A stretch of 62,904 nucleotides of DNA. It comes from Nitrososphaeria archaeon. GTDB lineage: Archaea; Thermoproteota; Nitrososphaeria; JACIWG01. Where the stretch lies: contig CAVVXT010000006.1 in the NCBI GenBank assembly GCA_963752255.1, positions 1-62,904 on the forward strand, in the 5' to 3' direction. A model generated the notes under the pieces. That model was given only the letters and a program-made list of their open reading frames with translations, ran no database searches and had not been told where the DNA came from. How positions within the stretch are numbered: position 1 is the stretch's first letter; each line of letters begins with the position of its first letter. This document shows, piece by piece, positions 52,456-62,904 of the stretch. The position numbers and the translations under genes are program-made.

Positions 52456-52797
52456 ATGCCAGGATATAAGCATCCCTGTCGATACTGCAATCAACTTGTT
52501 TCTGCAGACGCCAACGTCTGCCCATTCTGTGGTAGAGTCAATCCCGTTGGCCCTTTAAGATGTCCAAAATGCAGAAATCCAATCCAAAAAGGACAGAAAA
52601 GTTGCAGTAATTGCGGTCTTTCATTGAACATCTCCTGCCCAAGCTGTGGCGCGCCAACCTTCTTCGGCGACTACTGCGACAATTGTAATAAACGTCTTGT
52701 TGTAATTTGCCCGAATAAGAAATGCAGAACTGAGCAGCCGCCGATAGGGGAGAAATGTATAAAATGTGGTAAATCTCTTATAGAAGGTGGTAAATAG
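52456..52797 (+). CDS. Double-zinc-ribbon protein
   Basis: Eight Cys pairs (seven CxxC and one CxxxxC) in 113 aa. Confidence 0.85.
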   Translation: MPGYKHPCRYCNQLVSADANVCPFCGRVNPVGPLRCPKCRNPIQKGQKSCSNCGLSLNISCPSCGAPTFFGDYCDNCNKRLVVICPNKKCRTEQPPIGEKCIKCGKSLIEGGK

Positions 52798-52799
52798 CA

Positions 52800-53462
52800 A
52801 TGCCTTTGCAACCTTTTACAAGAAACTATCAAGACAACAGTTCTGAAGCAGGGTTCCAGTTCACTTTTTTCTGTGATATATGTAACGATGGGTATAAGAC
52901 ACAATTCATTGAATCCAAAACCTACAAGAAGGCTGGACTTTTCCGAGGATTCGGGAAAGCGGTCTCTGTTGGAACAGGACTTTTTGGCAGCGGTGCGGGC
53001 TCCAGCATTGAAAGCGGTACAGATGTGCTTTCGCAGCGCTATCAAGGTATGACACCTCAATGGCATAAGGAACATGAGGGGGCTTTTGAAATCGCACAAA
53101 ATGAAGCTAAAGAACACTTCTCCCGTTGCCCAAGATGTAAAAAATATGTTTGTGAAAACGATTGGAATGAACAAGACGGCCTATGCGTAGACGATGCTCC
53201 ACGGGAAAATGTTGAAGTGGCTGCAGCAAGAGCACAAAAAATGGTTGAAGACATAAAGGAAAAAGCTGAAAGTACCAAAGTCTATTCTGGTGAAATTGAA
53301 AGAAAGCAGACTATCTGTCCTCAATGCGGCAAGCCAGCTGGAGAAGGAAAATTCTGCAATAACTGTGGTGCACCACTTGGTCTAATAAAATGCCCTAAAT
53401 GTGGAGCTCAAAGCCCTGCTGGGACAAGATTCTGCGGCGAATGTGGCACAAGGTTTGAGTAG
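52800..53462 (+). CDS. Zinc-ribbon (DZR) domain protein
   Basis: FTRNYQDNSSEAGFQFTFFCDIC, CPRC, and four C-terminal CxxCG motifs. Confidence 0.85.
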   Translation: MPLQPFTRNYQDNSSEAGFQFTFFCDICNDGYKTQFIESKTYKKAGLFRGFGKAVSVGTGLFGSGAGSSIESGTDVLSQRYQGMTPQWHKEHEGAFEIAQNEAKEHFSRCPRCKKYVCENDWNEQDGLCVDDAPRENVEVAAARAQKMVEDIKEKAESTKVYSGEIERKQTICPQCGKPAGEGKFCNNCGAPLGLIKCPKCGAQSPAGTRFCGECGTRFE

Positions 53463-53665
53463 AAAGTAAACTGTTTAAACTAATAGTACTGATAGTTCAC
53501 CAGATTTAGGAGAAAAAGCTAAACTAAAATTGATTGTAGGATGGATTGCGTTCGATTCAGGATATACCTCTTAGATCGATAGATTCAAACAATGAGATCC
53601 TGCTTGAAAGCTCATATTCGTCAATCCATTATTTTCTCAAGTATGATAAATATGTCTTTATAAAA

Positions 53666-54508
53666 TTATGCTCCTCTGTAACCCTTTTTTAAAAGGTAGT
53701 TGGCATAATCGGTTCCCTTTACATTTCGAGACAGCGCTTGAAGGTTTATGTAAAGCAGTGCCTCTGAGTCTACTCCATACGGTCCTTGCGAGAGAATTTT
53801 TCCTTCTGGCCCAACCGCCAACGAGCATTCTATTGTTTTTCTTCCCTTCCATGGCCCGGCATCGATCCACCTCACGTTGCTTACCCCTACTACGGAGATC
53901 CCGTAAAGCTTGCTGAGCGTGCTATAACTTTTGTACCAATCCTTGCCGTACGGTTCCTTACTGTTGTCATGGTCTGCGCTTACCGCCCAAGTACAGGGGG
54001 AGAATATGAAGTGGGCTCCCATCCTGGTTAAGACGTGTCCTATGGCAAGAGAGGATTCAAAGTTATCGGCACAGATATTTACCCCTATGTTTCCAAATTT
54101 GGTTTCGACAACTGAAAGAAAGGTCCCCACATCGTATAGGTCCTGCTCAATATCTAGGAGGTTGATTTTCCTATGTTTTAGTAGAATTTTTCATGAACTG
54201 TCAATTAAAATGGCTGAATCATATATCTTCTTATCCTCCCGTTCTGTTAATCCTGCCAGAACCATTATATTGTTCCGTCTAGCTGCCTCACAGAGGCGAT
54301 CTGACGTTTTCCCCGGTATTTCGTCAGATAATTCATGAGCGCTGGGGTGAGTCCAACCCAAGTCAAGACACTCTGGGAGAACAATCACCTGACATCCCCC
54401 TTTAGAGACTTCGGCAATGATTCCCTCTGCCCTGTCAAGGTTTACCGATTTATCTCCACCTATAACTCTCATCTGGCCCATCGCTAACCTAAAAGTCTTA
54501 TAATGCAA
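53666..54508 (-). pseudogene. Carbon-nitrogen hydrolase (nitrilase family) with an in-frame TGA at 54191-54193
   Basis: E-K-C triad in VLPE, HRKIN and ICAD; both track ORFs are in the same frame and the stop falls where Gly is expected. Confidence 0.88.
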
Positions 54509-54656
54509 TCCACATTATTTGCTAAATTGCTGAAACTTAAGCTTTTTCATCGTATGCACGATTTTCTTATATCAGTCGTTAACTCTTTTCAGCTATTATT
54601 AAGATGGTGCCTAAAGTGGAATAATAAATCGTCAACTCTTGTTTAATAATTGATTA

Positions 54657-54745
54657 TTTGATGGGCGATGGTCAATGATGATAACAGATGATGGTTGATG
54701 ATAGGTGTTGATGATTGATGATTAACGTTGATGATCGTTGACGTT
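54657..54745 (+). repeat. Degenerate (GT)TGATGAT tandem array
   Basis: GTTGATGAT at 54694, 54707 and 54727, with variants at 54714 and 54737. Confidence 0.7.
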
Positions 54746-55023
54746 TTGTAATCTATCCGGTAGCATATCGTATTTGGAGGGCACTCCCGTGGTAAATATA
54801 AGCCTCACAAATGTTAAAAGAGCTGTGATATATTTTACTTTTATTTTTATTTTAAAGGTTATTTCATTATTTTTATAATAAGTCAAAATTATTTTAATAA
54901 ATTTAAATTTTAAAGCATAAATAGAACTGACACCTAAATTTTTGTGATGTCGTCTTCCAATTTAAGAAGCACACTGTTGGTGACCTTTGCAGTGTTGATT
55001 CTATCGGATAGAGTCTAAAAAAG

Positions 55024-55959
55024 GTGATACTAAGCTTGAAGAAGATCGAAGATCATACAGATCTTCAGATACTAATACATATCTTAGAGAATGGGCCTAA
55101 AAACAGATTCGAACTGCGTAAAGAGCTAAGAAAACCCTATACAACCGTTTATGATACAGTTAGAAGCCTATTTAATGATAAATTTTTATGCATTAGCAGA
55201 AAAAAGAAAGTAAAGAACGTCGAATACTACGATTTGACTTTGTATGGATTAATAGTATTAATTAGAGCGTATCCTAAGATATGGGAAAAAATTGATAGCA
55301 TCGCACAGATTCATTCCGACCGATTACTGATATTTAATAAATGGGATTTTTTCGTCAAAAATGGTCTAAGGGAAGAGATTATTAAAAGATTAAAGTTTAC
55401 CATTGAATCTTGTAATGAGTGGGATCTTTACGTCTTTGCAGAGGTAGAACAGAGAAAATATGCAATAAACCCTTTTGCTTCGCCAGAAATAATTCAATTA
55501 AGCAAAAAGCTTGAAATCACCTTCACCGAAGCTATGCATAATCAGACTTTCAAAGAAAGGGATCCCGAATTATATAAGCAAATGATGAAACTAAAATCTG
55601 AAGGATTTGATGCATACACGTACAAAGAGCAGGAAGAGGAATCCTCTGAGACATTTAATAAATTTCTATACGAATTAAATGATCCCCGTCCTTCAATGAT
55701 AAAACAATTCCTCTTTGGCTTTGATCCTGAAAAATTAAGCCTTGAATATCAAAAGTCCCTCTTGGATTCGGAGAAAAATAAAAAATATTTTGAAAGTGAA
55801 AGAATATGGTTCGAAGGACAAAAACACTTCCTTCTCACATGCAAGAAGGACACCGACTTGGATGATTTCATAAATAAATATCTTTATGGAAAAACGGAAG
55901 AGCATAAGAAAGCTGTGGAAAACCTTGAGTCTTGGTTGCAGTGGTGGAAGAAAGTATAG
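55024..55959 (+). CDS. Hypothetical protein with an N-terminal winged helix-turn-helix
   Basis: ILIHILENGPKNRFELRKEL.KPYTTVYDTVRSL...YYDLTLYG; AT-rich. Confidence 0.75.
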   Translation: MILSLKKIEDHTDLQILIHILENGPKNRFELRKELRKPYTTVYDTVRSLFNDKFLCISRKKKVKNVEYYDLTLYGLIVLIRAYPKIWEKIDSIAQIHSDRLLIFNKWDFFVKNGLREEIIKRLKFTIESCNEWDLYVFAEVEQRKYAINPFASPEIIQLSKKLEITFTEAMHNQTFKERDPELYKQMMKLKSEGFDAYTYKEQEEESSETFNKFLYELNDPRPSMIKQFLFGFDPEKLSLEYQKSLLDSEKNKKYFESERIWFEGQKHFLLTCKKDTDLDDFINKYLYGKTEEHKKAVENLESWLQWWKKV

Positions 55960-56084
55960 CATTTCTAATACATTAGCACACTACACAATTTTTGCAAGAA
56001 TGTTCATATATTCCTGATCGCTATGTTGATACCCTAATATACTTCAGGGTAGACGGAATGTGCTGAGTTCCGAGGTGATGCCCT

Positions 56085-57038
56085 TTGCCTTCAATAATCG
56101 ACGCAAACAGTCTTGTCAAGTTCTACAGGGGAAAGGCGGAGCCAGCTCTAGACAACTTCAATCTCTCGGTTAACGAAGGAAGAATATTCACCCTGCTCGG
56201 CAGGAACGGCGCCGGGAAAACGACTTTCCTAAGAATTGCAAGCACCCAACTCTCGCCCACTTCAGGCTCGGTAAGCGTGTTCGGGATGGACGTTATCGCA
56301 GAGGCAAGGAAGATTAGACGGAGGGTGGCGATCACACCTCAGGAGGGAAAGCCTCTATGGACCCTTAATGCATATGACCATGTTGTGTTAGCGCTGATGA
56401 TGAGGGGCGAGAGCCATTCCACGGCCGCGGAGAAGGCGAGACGAGTATTGAGGACGGTCGAGTTGTCGGAGGTGGCTGGGGTGCATTCGGAGGATCTCTC
56501 TGGCGGCCTCAGACAGAGGATTCTTATCGCGATGACGATAGCCTGTGACGTAGAGCTCATGTTTCTTGATGAGCCAACCATAGGACTCGACCCGGTCGGA
56601 AGGAGGAAGGTCTGGGACGAATTGATCAGGCTGAAGAAGGACGAGGGCAAGACGATTGTGCTCACGACCCACTATATGGACGAAGCGGAGTCTCTGTCAG
56701 ACGAGCTGGCGATCGTAGACAAGGGAAAACTGCTTACACAGGGAAGCCCTGTGGACGTGAGAGCGAAGTATTCAAACTCCAAGATACGAGTGGACGTTGT
56801 GAGCGGATTCAGCGCCGAGGAGCTGATCGCCTACGGCAAGGTGGTAAAGGTGGGAAACGTCGCCAGGGTATTCCTGGATGAAACCGCAGGTAGGGAGCTC
56901 AGCAGCGAGGCGCTCAGGCGCAAGGCCACGATCTCAATCGTCCCAGTGACTCTCGATGATGTGTTCGTGGAACTCGTAGGGTCGAATGCGGACGAAGAGG
57001 ACGAGGGAGGGAGGGACAGACGGGCCGAGAGAGGATAA
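56085..57038 (+). CDS. ABC transporter ATP-binding protein (DrrA-like)
   Basis: GRNGAGKTT, LSGG, FLDEPT, TTHYM. Confidence 0.95.
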   Translation: MPSIIDANSLVKFYRGKAEPALDNFNLSVNEGRIFTLLGRNGAGKTTFLRIASTQLSPTSGSVSVFGMDVIAEARKIRRRVAITPQEGKPLWTLNAYDHVVLALMMRGESHSTAAEKARRVLRTVELSEVAGVHSEDLSGGLRQRILIAMTIACDVELMFLDEPTIGLDPVGRRKVWDELIRLKKDEGKTIVLTTHYMDEAESLSDELAIVDKGKLLTQGSPVDVRAKYSNSKIRVDVVSGFSAEELIAYGKVVKVGNVARVFLDETAGRELSSEALRRKATISIVPVTLDDVFVELVGSNADEEDEGGRDRRAERG

Positions 57039-57042
57039 ATAG

Positions 57043-57807
57043 ATGAGTGAAAGTCTTTCTACCAAGGCGTGGAGGAACCTCAGGACAATCGGAGCCCTGT
57101 GCTACTACCTTGGAATCGTCCCAATGATACGGATTCCCACCCTGCTCCCGTTCGTGTTCGCCACCCCGTTCACCATCCTCTTCATCCTCTTCGTCAACGG
57201 CCAAAGCACGGCATTCGCCTACGGTCTGTCGGGGGCGATCACCATGACAGTAGCACAGCAGGGGCTCTTCCTGGGAGCCGACCTGACGAGCTACAAGATA
57301 GAGCACAAGTTCCAGTCCGTGGTCGTAGCTTCACCTGTGTCACCCTTCACCTACATGTTCTCGGTGGCGGCGTCCGAACTGGCTTTCGCGGTTCCCCCTC
57401 TTGCCATACTCCTGGTCATCCTCGGCTACAGGTCGCCTGAGGTAGGGGCTTTGACAATACTTGGAATAATTGTCGTGGCCGTATTGACATGGATGACAAC
57501 TAGCTCCATCGGTTTCTTCCTGTCGACGTATGTACTGAACACGAGGACTGCGTTCCTGACGGTCACCTTCATATCGATCATCCTTTCCGTCCTCCCGCCT
57601 GTATTCTATCCAATGCAACTCTTGCCGCCGCAGGTGAGGTGGCTGTCGGAGCTGGTACCCACTACTCATGCCTCAGTTCTCATTCAGGGACTTTCTGGCC
57701 TCCCTGTCTCTTACACACAGACTATCGTCAGTTGGGCGGCGCTGCCAGCGTTCACTGTAGCGTTCTTGGCGCTGGCGCTCCTGAAGGCGAAATGGAGAGA
57801 AAACTAA
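57043..57807 (+). CDS. ABC-2 type permease
   Basis: Six TM helices, PVFYPMQLLP...PTTH; follows the ATPase. Confidence 0.9.
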   Translation: MSESLSTKAWRNLRTIGALCYYLGIVPMIRIPTLLPFVFATPFTILFILFVNGQSTAFAYGLSGAITMTVAQQGLFLGADLTSYKIEHKFQSVVVASPVSPFTYMFSVAASELAFAVPPLAILLVILGYRSPEVGALTILGIIVVAVLTWMTTSSIGFFLSTYVLNTRTAFLTVTFISIILSVLPPVFYPMQLLPPQVRWLSELVPTTHASVLIQGLSGLPVSYTQTIVSWAALPAFTVAFLALALLKAKWREN

Positions 57808-57899
57808 ACCTTTTGCCTATCAGCTCCGGGGTCATGAAGAATAATTGAAGTTTATACCTCCTGACTTCCTTTAAACAAGTTGAGAGGACTTCTTGTTTA

Positions 57900-58001
57900 G
57901 CCGTGGGCAAGATTAGCGAGAAAGAAATCGCCTACTTGATGACGCGTAAAATGTCACGGGACCAGGCAATTTCTCTTATCATACGCGGCTTCATGGATGT
58001 G
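57900..58001 (+). pseudogene. sufB: C-terminal fragment of SufB/SufD
   Basis: AVGKISEKEIAYLMTRKMSRDQAISLIIRGFMDV. Confidence 0.8.
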
Positions 58002-58232
58002 TTTCCAAATCAAATCTTGGATATGATTATAATAGTTTATACTTATATTATTGTAGGAGTTTTTTATTACTAATTATATTGAGAAATAGATATTAACACA
58101 AATATTTAGGCTCAAACACTACCTTTTTTAGACTTATGGGACCGCCTCTTCGAACCGAATTGGGTTTAAGTCCCTATTACATCTTTTGCTGATAAAAAAT
58201 TTGGTAAGGCCTCCCTTAAGAGACCTGTTTCT

Positions 58233-58541
58233 TTACTTTTTGAGAGTCTTCATGGCCGCTTGTAAAATATTGACGACTTCGTCAGCTGAAAGAATGGCGT
58301 GAACTTCGAAGTGAATGTAGGGCTGGAATTTCATTATGGATGCATAAAGCTCCTTTTCACCTAATTCGCTGATAGCATACCCCATCGACCCGTTAACGGA
58401 CATCCCCCATTCCTTATGTATTCCCTTGCTGATGTCTTCTTTCACCATTTGCAACATGCCAAGCTGCAGTTTTAATCCCACTTCTGGCGCTGTAGGCCAC
58501 AGGTTTTCATTGACTTTCCAAATTAATAGATGCTTGGTCAT
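58233..58541 (-). CDS. DUF3303 / dimeric alpha-beta barrel family small protein
   Basis: EWGMSVNGSMGYAISE...PYIHFEVHAILSADE. Confidence 0.65.
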   Translation of the reverse strand: MTKHLLIWKVNENLWPTAPEVGLKLQLGMLQMVKEDISKGIHKEWGMSVNGSMGYAISELGEKELYASIMKFQPYIHFEVHAILSADEVVNILQAAMKTLKK

Positions 58542-58696
58542 AATAAATATATTAAATATGATGGCTTATAAATCTTTATTATCTAAATTTTATACTATAG
58601 TATTGTTAGTGTTTTTTAATCTAAATGGAAAATTTACAACAAAATGGTAACTATTTAACGAGAAAGCTTAATATTTGCATCGCTTAAAAGATTGAG

Positions 58697-59101
58697 ATGA
58701 TAGACTTGGAGGAATTGGTTTTGCATAAGGTAAGGCTTTCATTGCTATGGCTTTTCACGGTGGTCGATGCGGTCGTTGCTGTGGTCTTATCCATCATGGA
58801 GCCTGGTGTCTTACAGCAATTCATGGAGACAGGGGAATTTTATGGCACGAAAATTGGGTCGGAGTACGTACTTTTTTTAGGGTTCTTTTTTTTGATTCCT
58901 TTGATAATGGCGTTCCTGTCGGTTACGTTGAAGGATAAAGTGAACCGCTGGGCAAATATTATCGTGGGCACAGCAGCATTCGTAGTTAACTTCCCAAATC
59001 AGCTATGGGTGAATATACTATATTATAGTAAGATCATAAATACCATAGTTTATCTATTAATAATCTGGTACGCATACAAATGGCCAAAACAGAAAGAATA
59101 A
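58697..59101 (+). CDS. DUF6326-like four-TM membrane protein
   Basis: KVRLSLLW...PGVLQQ...IPLIMAFLSVTLKDKVNRWANI...IIWYAYKWP. Confidence 0.75.
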   Translation: MIDLEELVLHKVRLSLLWLFTVVDAVVAVVLSIMEPGVLQQFMETGEFYGTKIGSEYVLFLGFFFLIPLIMAFLSVTLKDKVNRWANIIVGTAAFVVNFPNQLWVNILYYSKIINTIVYLLIIWYAYKWPKQKE

Positions 59102-59448
59102 CGTAAGTAGAGAAATAGTTTATCATTCCCGAGTAGAAGCGTAGTAGCTAATTTGTAGGGCACTTGTTGGCACAAATTCTCTGGTACGACATCATAAACA
59201 AATTAGAGTATGAAATAACAAAAATATGATCTTATATTGTATGGAGCAGGAAATGTTCTTCTGTCACACAAATTATTTTAGTTGTTTAAAGTAATGCCGG
59301 ATCCTATATTCGTCAAAAGTTCTTATACTGTGTTCAATCATGTCCAGAATCTTCCCTACGCTAGTCTATGATCATGTTAGGATTTAAAAGAGGAATTCAA
59401 ATAGCATTGATAAATATTAAATAGAACTAATCTGATGAAGTTGAGAAT

Positions 59449-60527
59449 ATGAAAGTTAAAGATATCAGGACATATTTTCTAAATGTTCCATGTGGGAAAC
59501 TTATATCCGATTCTGCAAGGATACTTAATAGTATACAGTTAGTCGTTGTAAAGGTTCAAACAGATGACGACTTGGAAGGAACAGGCTATACCTATACCTT
59601 AAGAGGAGGTGAGGGGGTAAAGGCGATCATTGATAAAGAATTGAAGAAGATGGTTCAAGGTAGAAATCCTTTAGAAATCGAAGAAATCTGGAATAATATG
59701 TGTACTTTAACTGACGCAGAGGACTCATGGTGGAACAGCCACAAATAGTATAGCTGCCGTCGATATTGCTCTCTGGGATATAAAGGGGAAAGAAGAAAAA
59801 AAACCGCTTTTCAGGCTGCTGGGTGGCAAAAGGAATAGAATTCCTATCTATGATTCTGATTATGGTTGGCTGCATTACTCATGCAATGAAATTGCTAAAA
59901 ATGCCTAGGGAGCTGGTCAAGCTAGGTTTCAGAGGATTCAAGATTAAAGTGGGTAAGAAAAATTTGGAGGAGGATATCGGGAGGATTAAAGCTGTTAGGG
60001 AAGCGGTGGGCGATAAATTTTCGTTGATGGTCGATGCCAATCAAGCTTTCAGCGTCTCTGAAGCAATTAGAAGGGGGAAAGCATATGAAAAATTCGACAT
60101 CAATTGGTTTGAAGAGCCAACAGTTGATGGTGATGTCAACGATTATGTGGAGATCGCTTCTGCCCTCGACTTGCCAGTTGCAACCGGTGAATGGATCTAC
60201 CATCTAGATATATTCCAAAAGCTTATTCAGAAGAAGGCTGTGGACATAATTCAACCGGATGTTTGCAGGGTAAAAGGAATAACCGAATGGATAAAGATCG
60301 CTGAATACGCAGAGAATTATGGAATACCGGTAGCTCCACACTTCGTTATGGACTTACATGTCCACTTGACATGCGCATTTTCGAATGGTTTAACAGTGGA
60401 ACATATGCCATGGCTTACACATTTGTTCAAGATTCCATTAACAATAGAAGATGGATACGCCATTGCACCTGAAAGAGAAGGAAATGGAATAGAATTCAAG
60501 GAAGATTTTCTCGGAAAATTAGCATAA
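59449..60527 (+). pseudogene. Mandelate racemase/muconate lactonizing enzyme family protein with two frameshifts (near 59715 and 59906)
   Basis: VQTDD..GTG; AAVDIALWDIKGK in a third frame; FKIKVG, MVDANQ, WFEEP, ATGE, QPD. Confidence 0.88.
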
Positions 60528-60838
60528 GGAAGATAAAATCATACATGGCTTTACAGGGTTCTACATAAGAGAAACTACGTTTTCATCCTAGTAGATCTTT
60601 TGATGACGTCCTAATATAATTGACGTATTGGCCTGTAACTAAAATAAGATGCTGCTGAGTGTACAATTGCAACCATCAGGTTGGATATGTACATTTAATA
60701 TCATGTAGAGGTTAAACACCCAAAAAAGAATATATATCTTTTAGAAAGTCTCTTTACAACTTCTCTGCTGAAGTCTGAAAGGTCATCATAATTTTACAAA
60801 AGATTATAAGCCTGTTAGACGGAAAAAAGTGACAAGTC

Positions 60839-62687
60839 ATGCAAAACGGATATATGGGAAAAATTGGTGTAATAGATCTTTCTGATAAAACAGTGAAAAT
60901 TAAGGCCACATGCGAAGAATATACAAAGAAGTATCTCGGAGGGAAAGGTTACGCATTCGCACTTCTTTACGAATACTTGAAGGAATTTGAGTCTGAAGGC
61001 CATGCAGCAAGAGACCTAGATCCCTTAGGTCCGGACAATGTTCTTATATTTGCAACAGGTCCTGGTACTGGAATACCAGGCTTCCCATCGCCTGGAAGAT
61101 ATCAGGCAATGGCGTTACGTTCTCCACTAACAGGTTCCATAGGTAGTGCGAACTCTGGAGGAGAATTCGGTGCCTTCCTAAAATTCTCAGGTTTCGATGC
61201 TTTTAGTAATCAAAGGCTCTTCTGACAAACCAGTTTACATTTCTGTCGTAGATGGTGCAATAGAGGTTCATGATGCATCCGAGTATTGGGGAAAGACGGT
61301 CTTCGATACTGATGAGTTTCTTAGGAAGACAGTAAGCGGGAAAAATGTAAGCGTAGCATGTATAGGAGTTGCTGGAGAGAATCTTGTACCAATGGCTGCA
61401 ATAGTGAACGATAAGCATCGTGCAGCAGGAAGAACCGGATTAGGTGCTGTCATGGGATCGAAGAAGCTGAAGGCCGTAGTTGTGTCTGGTAATGGAAAGG
61501 TTTCGATTGCGGATCCTGCAAAGTTCAGTGAGGCTTCTAGGGCAGCTTATGAAAAGGAAAGGAAGAACTCTGTTACAGGTGAAGGTCTTCCAACCTATGG
61601 TACAGCAGTCCTAGTTAATGTAGTAAACAATGCAGGAATCTTGCCTTATATGAACTGGCAGCTCGGATTTAATCCTGAAGCGGATAAGATCAGCGGAGAA
61701 ACTCTAACAAAGGAATATCTTGAAAAGAAAAGGCCATGTTGGGGATGTAACATCGCTTGTGGGCGTGTAACTACTGTAAACTCTGGCCCATATCAAATAC
61801 TTCACACAGAGGGGCCAGAATATGAAAGCATTTGGGCACTGGGGAACTCAACAGGGATCATGGATATGGGTGCTGTCATAAAGGCAAACCACCTGTGTGA
61901 TGAATTCGGACTTGACCCCATTTCAGTCGGTTCAACAATTGCTGCGGCAATGGAACTGCACCAGAAAGGTTACATTAAGGATGGCGACCTTCAAGGTATG
62001 GATCTATCTTTTGGAAATGCGTCTGCTTTGGTTGATTCAGTTTGGAGGATCGCTCATAAAGATGGATTTGGGAAATACTTAGCTCTAGGATCAAAGAGAC
62101 TCTGTGAAATGTTTGGGGCTCCTGAGCTTTCCATGACCGTCAAAGGGCTTGAGATGCCTGCCTACGATCCTCGGGGAGTAAAGGGAATGGGCTTGAACTA
62201 TGCAACCGCTAATCGTGGAGGCTGTCATGTGACAGGCTATACAATTGCTCCTGAAATAGTAGGGCTCCCGGAAAAAATTGATCCACTAACTACTGAAGGG
62301 AAAGCCAAGTGGACAAAAACCTTCCAAGATTTGACATGTGTAGTGAACTCTACAGTTACCTGTCTGTTCACAACCTTTGCTCTGAGTGCGTCTGATCTAG
62401 CATCTCTATTGTCAGCTGTAACTGGATGGAGTCTCTCAGAAGATGAAATAATGAAGATGGGTGAAAGAATTTATAACTTTGAGCGCTTCATAATTAGCAA
62501 ATATGGATTCACAGACAAAGATGATATTCTACCTCCTCGTCTGCTGTCTGAACCCATGCCAGAAGGTCCAGTGAAGGGACAGACAGTCGACCTGGAAACA
62601 ATGAAGAAAGAGTATTACAATCTCAGGGAATGGGTAAATGGAGTACCAACGCCGCAGAAGTTGAAAGAGCTTGAAATTGAGCTCTAA
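60839..62687 (+). pseudogene. aor: Tungsten aldehyde:ferredoxin oxidoreductase with a +1 frameshift at a T4 run near 61201 (possibly a sequencing error)
   Basis: YLGGKG, SPLTG, GRTGLGAVMGSKKLKA, CWGCNIAC, EGPEYE, RGGCH; removing one T joins the two ORFs. Confidence 0.92.
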
Positions 62688-62703
62688 CCCTTTTTCTTTT
62701 TTT
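62688..62703 (+). terminator. Oligo-T archaeal terminator after aor
   Basis: CCCTTTTTCTTTTTTG immediately after the stop codon. Confidence 0.55.
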
Positions 62704-62904
62704 GCCGTCTCTCCACCTGTATGTTCCAGATAACTAGTGCAGAGTCATGTCCACATTCCCTAGAGCAATGCAGATTGAGGTTACTAACAAATGTAATTTC
62801 AAATGTATCTACTGTATTCGTAACTTCTGGAATATTAATGAAGAAGAAATGAATTTCTCAACATTTAGGAAGTTATCTGAGTCTTTTGGAGACTTGAACA
62901 AAAT

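Noticed and set aside
11039-54193. Stop-codon recoding linked to the altered aRF1 (in-frame TAA 11039, TAG 12268, TGA 54191)
   Set aside because: Three different stop codons replace three different expected residues, each by one substitution, and all three stops terminate intact genes elsewhere in the window. Ordinary nonsense mutation is simpler.
537-62082. Many antisense or out-of-frame track ORFs (for example 1768-2115, 2438-2797, 11715-12200, 26716-27156, 34263-34832, 35222-35749, 43158-43655, 52671-53174)
   Set aside because: They are shadow ORFs overlapping well-supported genes and have no motifs of their own, apart from the tnpB start contained at the end of 26716-27156.
1-62904. CRISPR array or cas genes
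   Set aside because: No regularly spaced 25-40 bp repeats were seen, and the only RuvC protein is the IS605 TnpB.

Overview
Archaeal DNA, most likely from a TACK/Thermoproteota lineage such as Bathyarchaeia. This is an inference from an aRF1-family gene, a tungsten aldehyde:ferredoxin oxidoreductase, membrane-tethered wHTH regulators and TATA-box promoters close to start codons. The window has no rRNA, intact tRNA, CRISPR array or core operon. It is an accessory patchwork of about 55 single genes or short operons of visibly different base composition: transporters, oxidoreductases, hydrolases, GNATs and small membrane proteins. AT-rich spacers between them contain 80-250 bp scraps of other genes (restriction-modification modules, SufB, an enolase-superfamily start, an integrase-like tail, a tRNA T-arm). 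It carries one IS605 element (intact tnpA, broken tnpB), an orphan IS605 left end, a duplicated aldo/keto reductase and about 11 genes with frameshifts or nonsense codons. The most notable observations are: (1) an intact aRF1 paralog with GGQ changed to GGE and altered stop-decoding motifs, a candidate non-catalytic ribosome factor; (2) a recurring TTTTTCGGG element just after gene ends, stacked like cassettes at 48.2-49.6 kb; (3) iteron-like arrays next to wHTH and coiled-coil genes; (4) a tandem-PH plus zinc-ribbon operon; (5) natural guide/target covariation between two IS605 left ends. All family calls come from motif recognition by eye, not from database searches.
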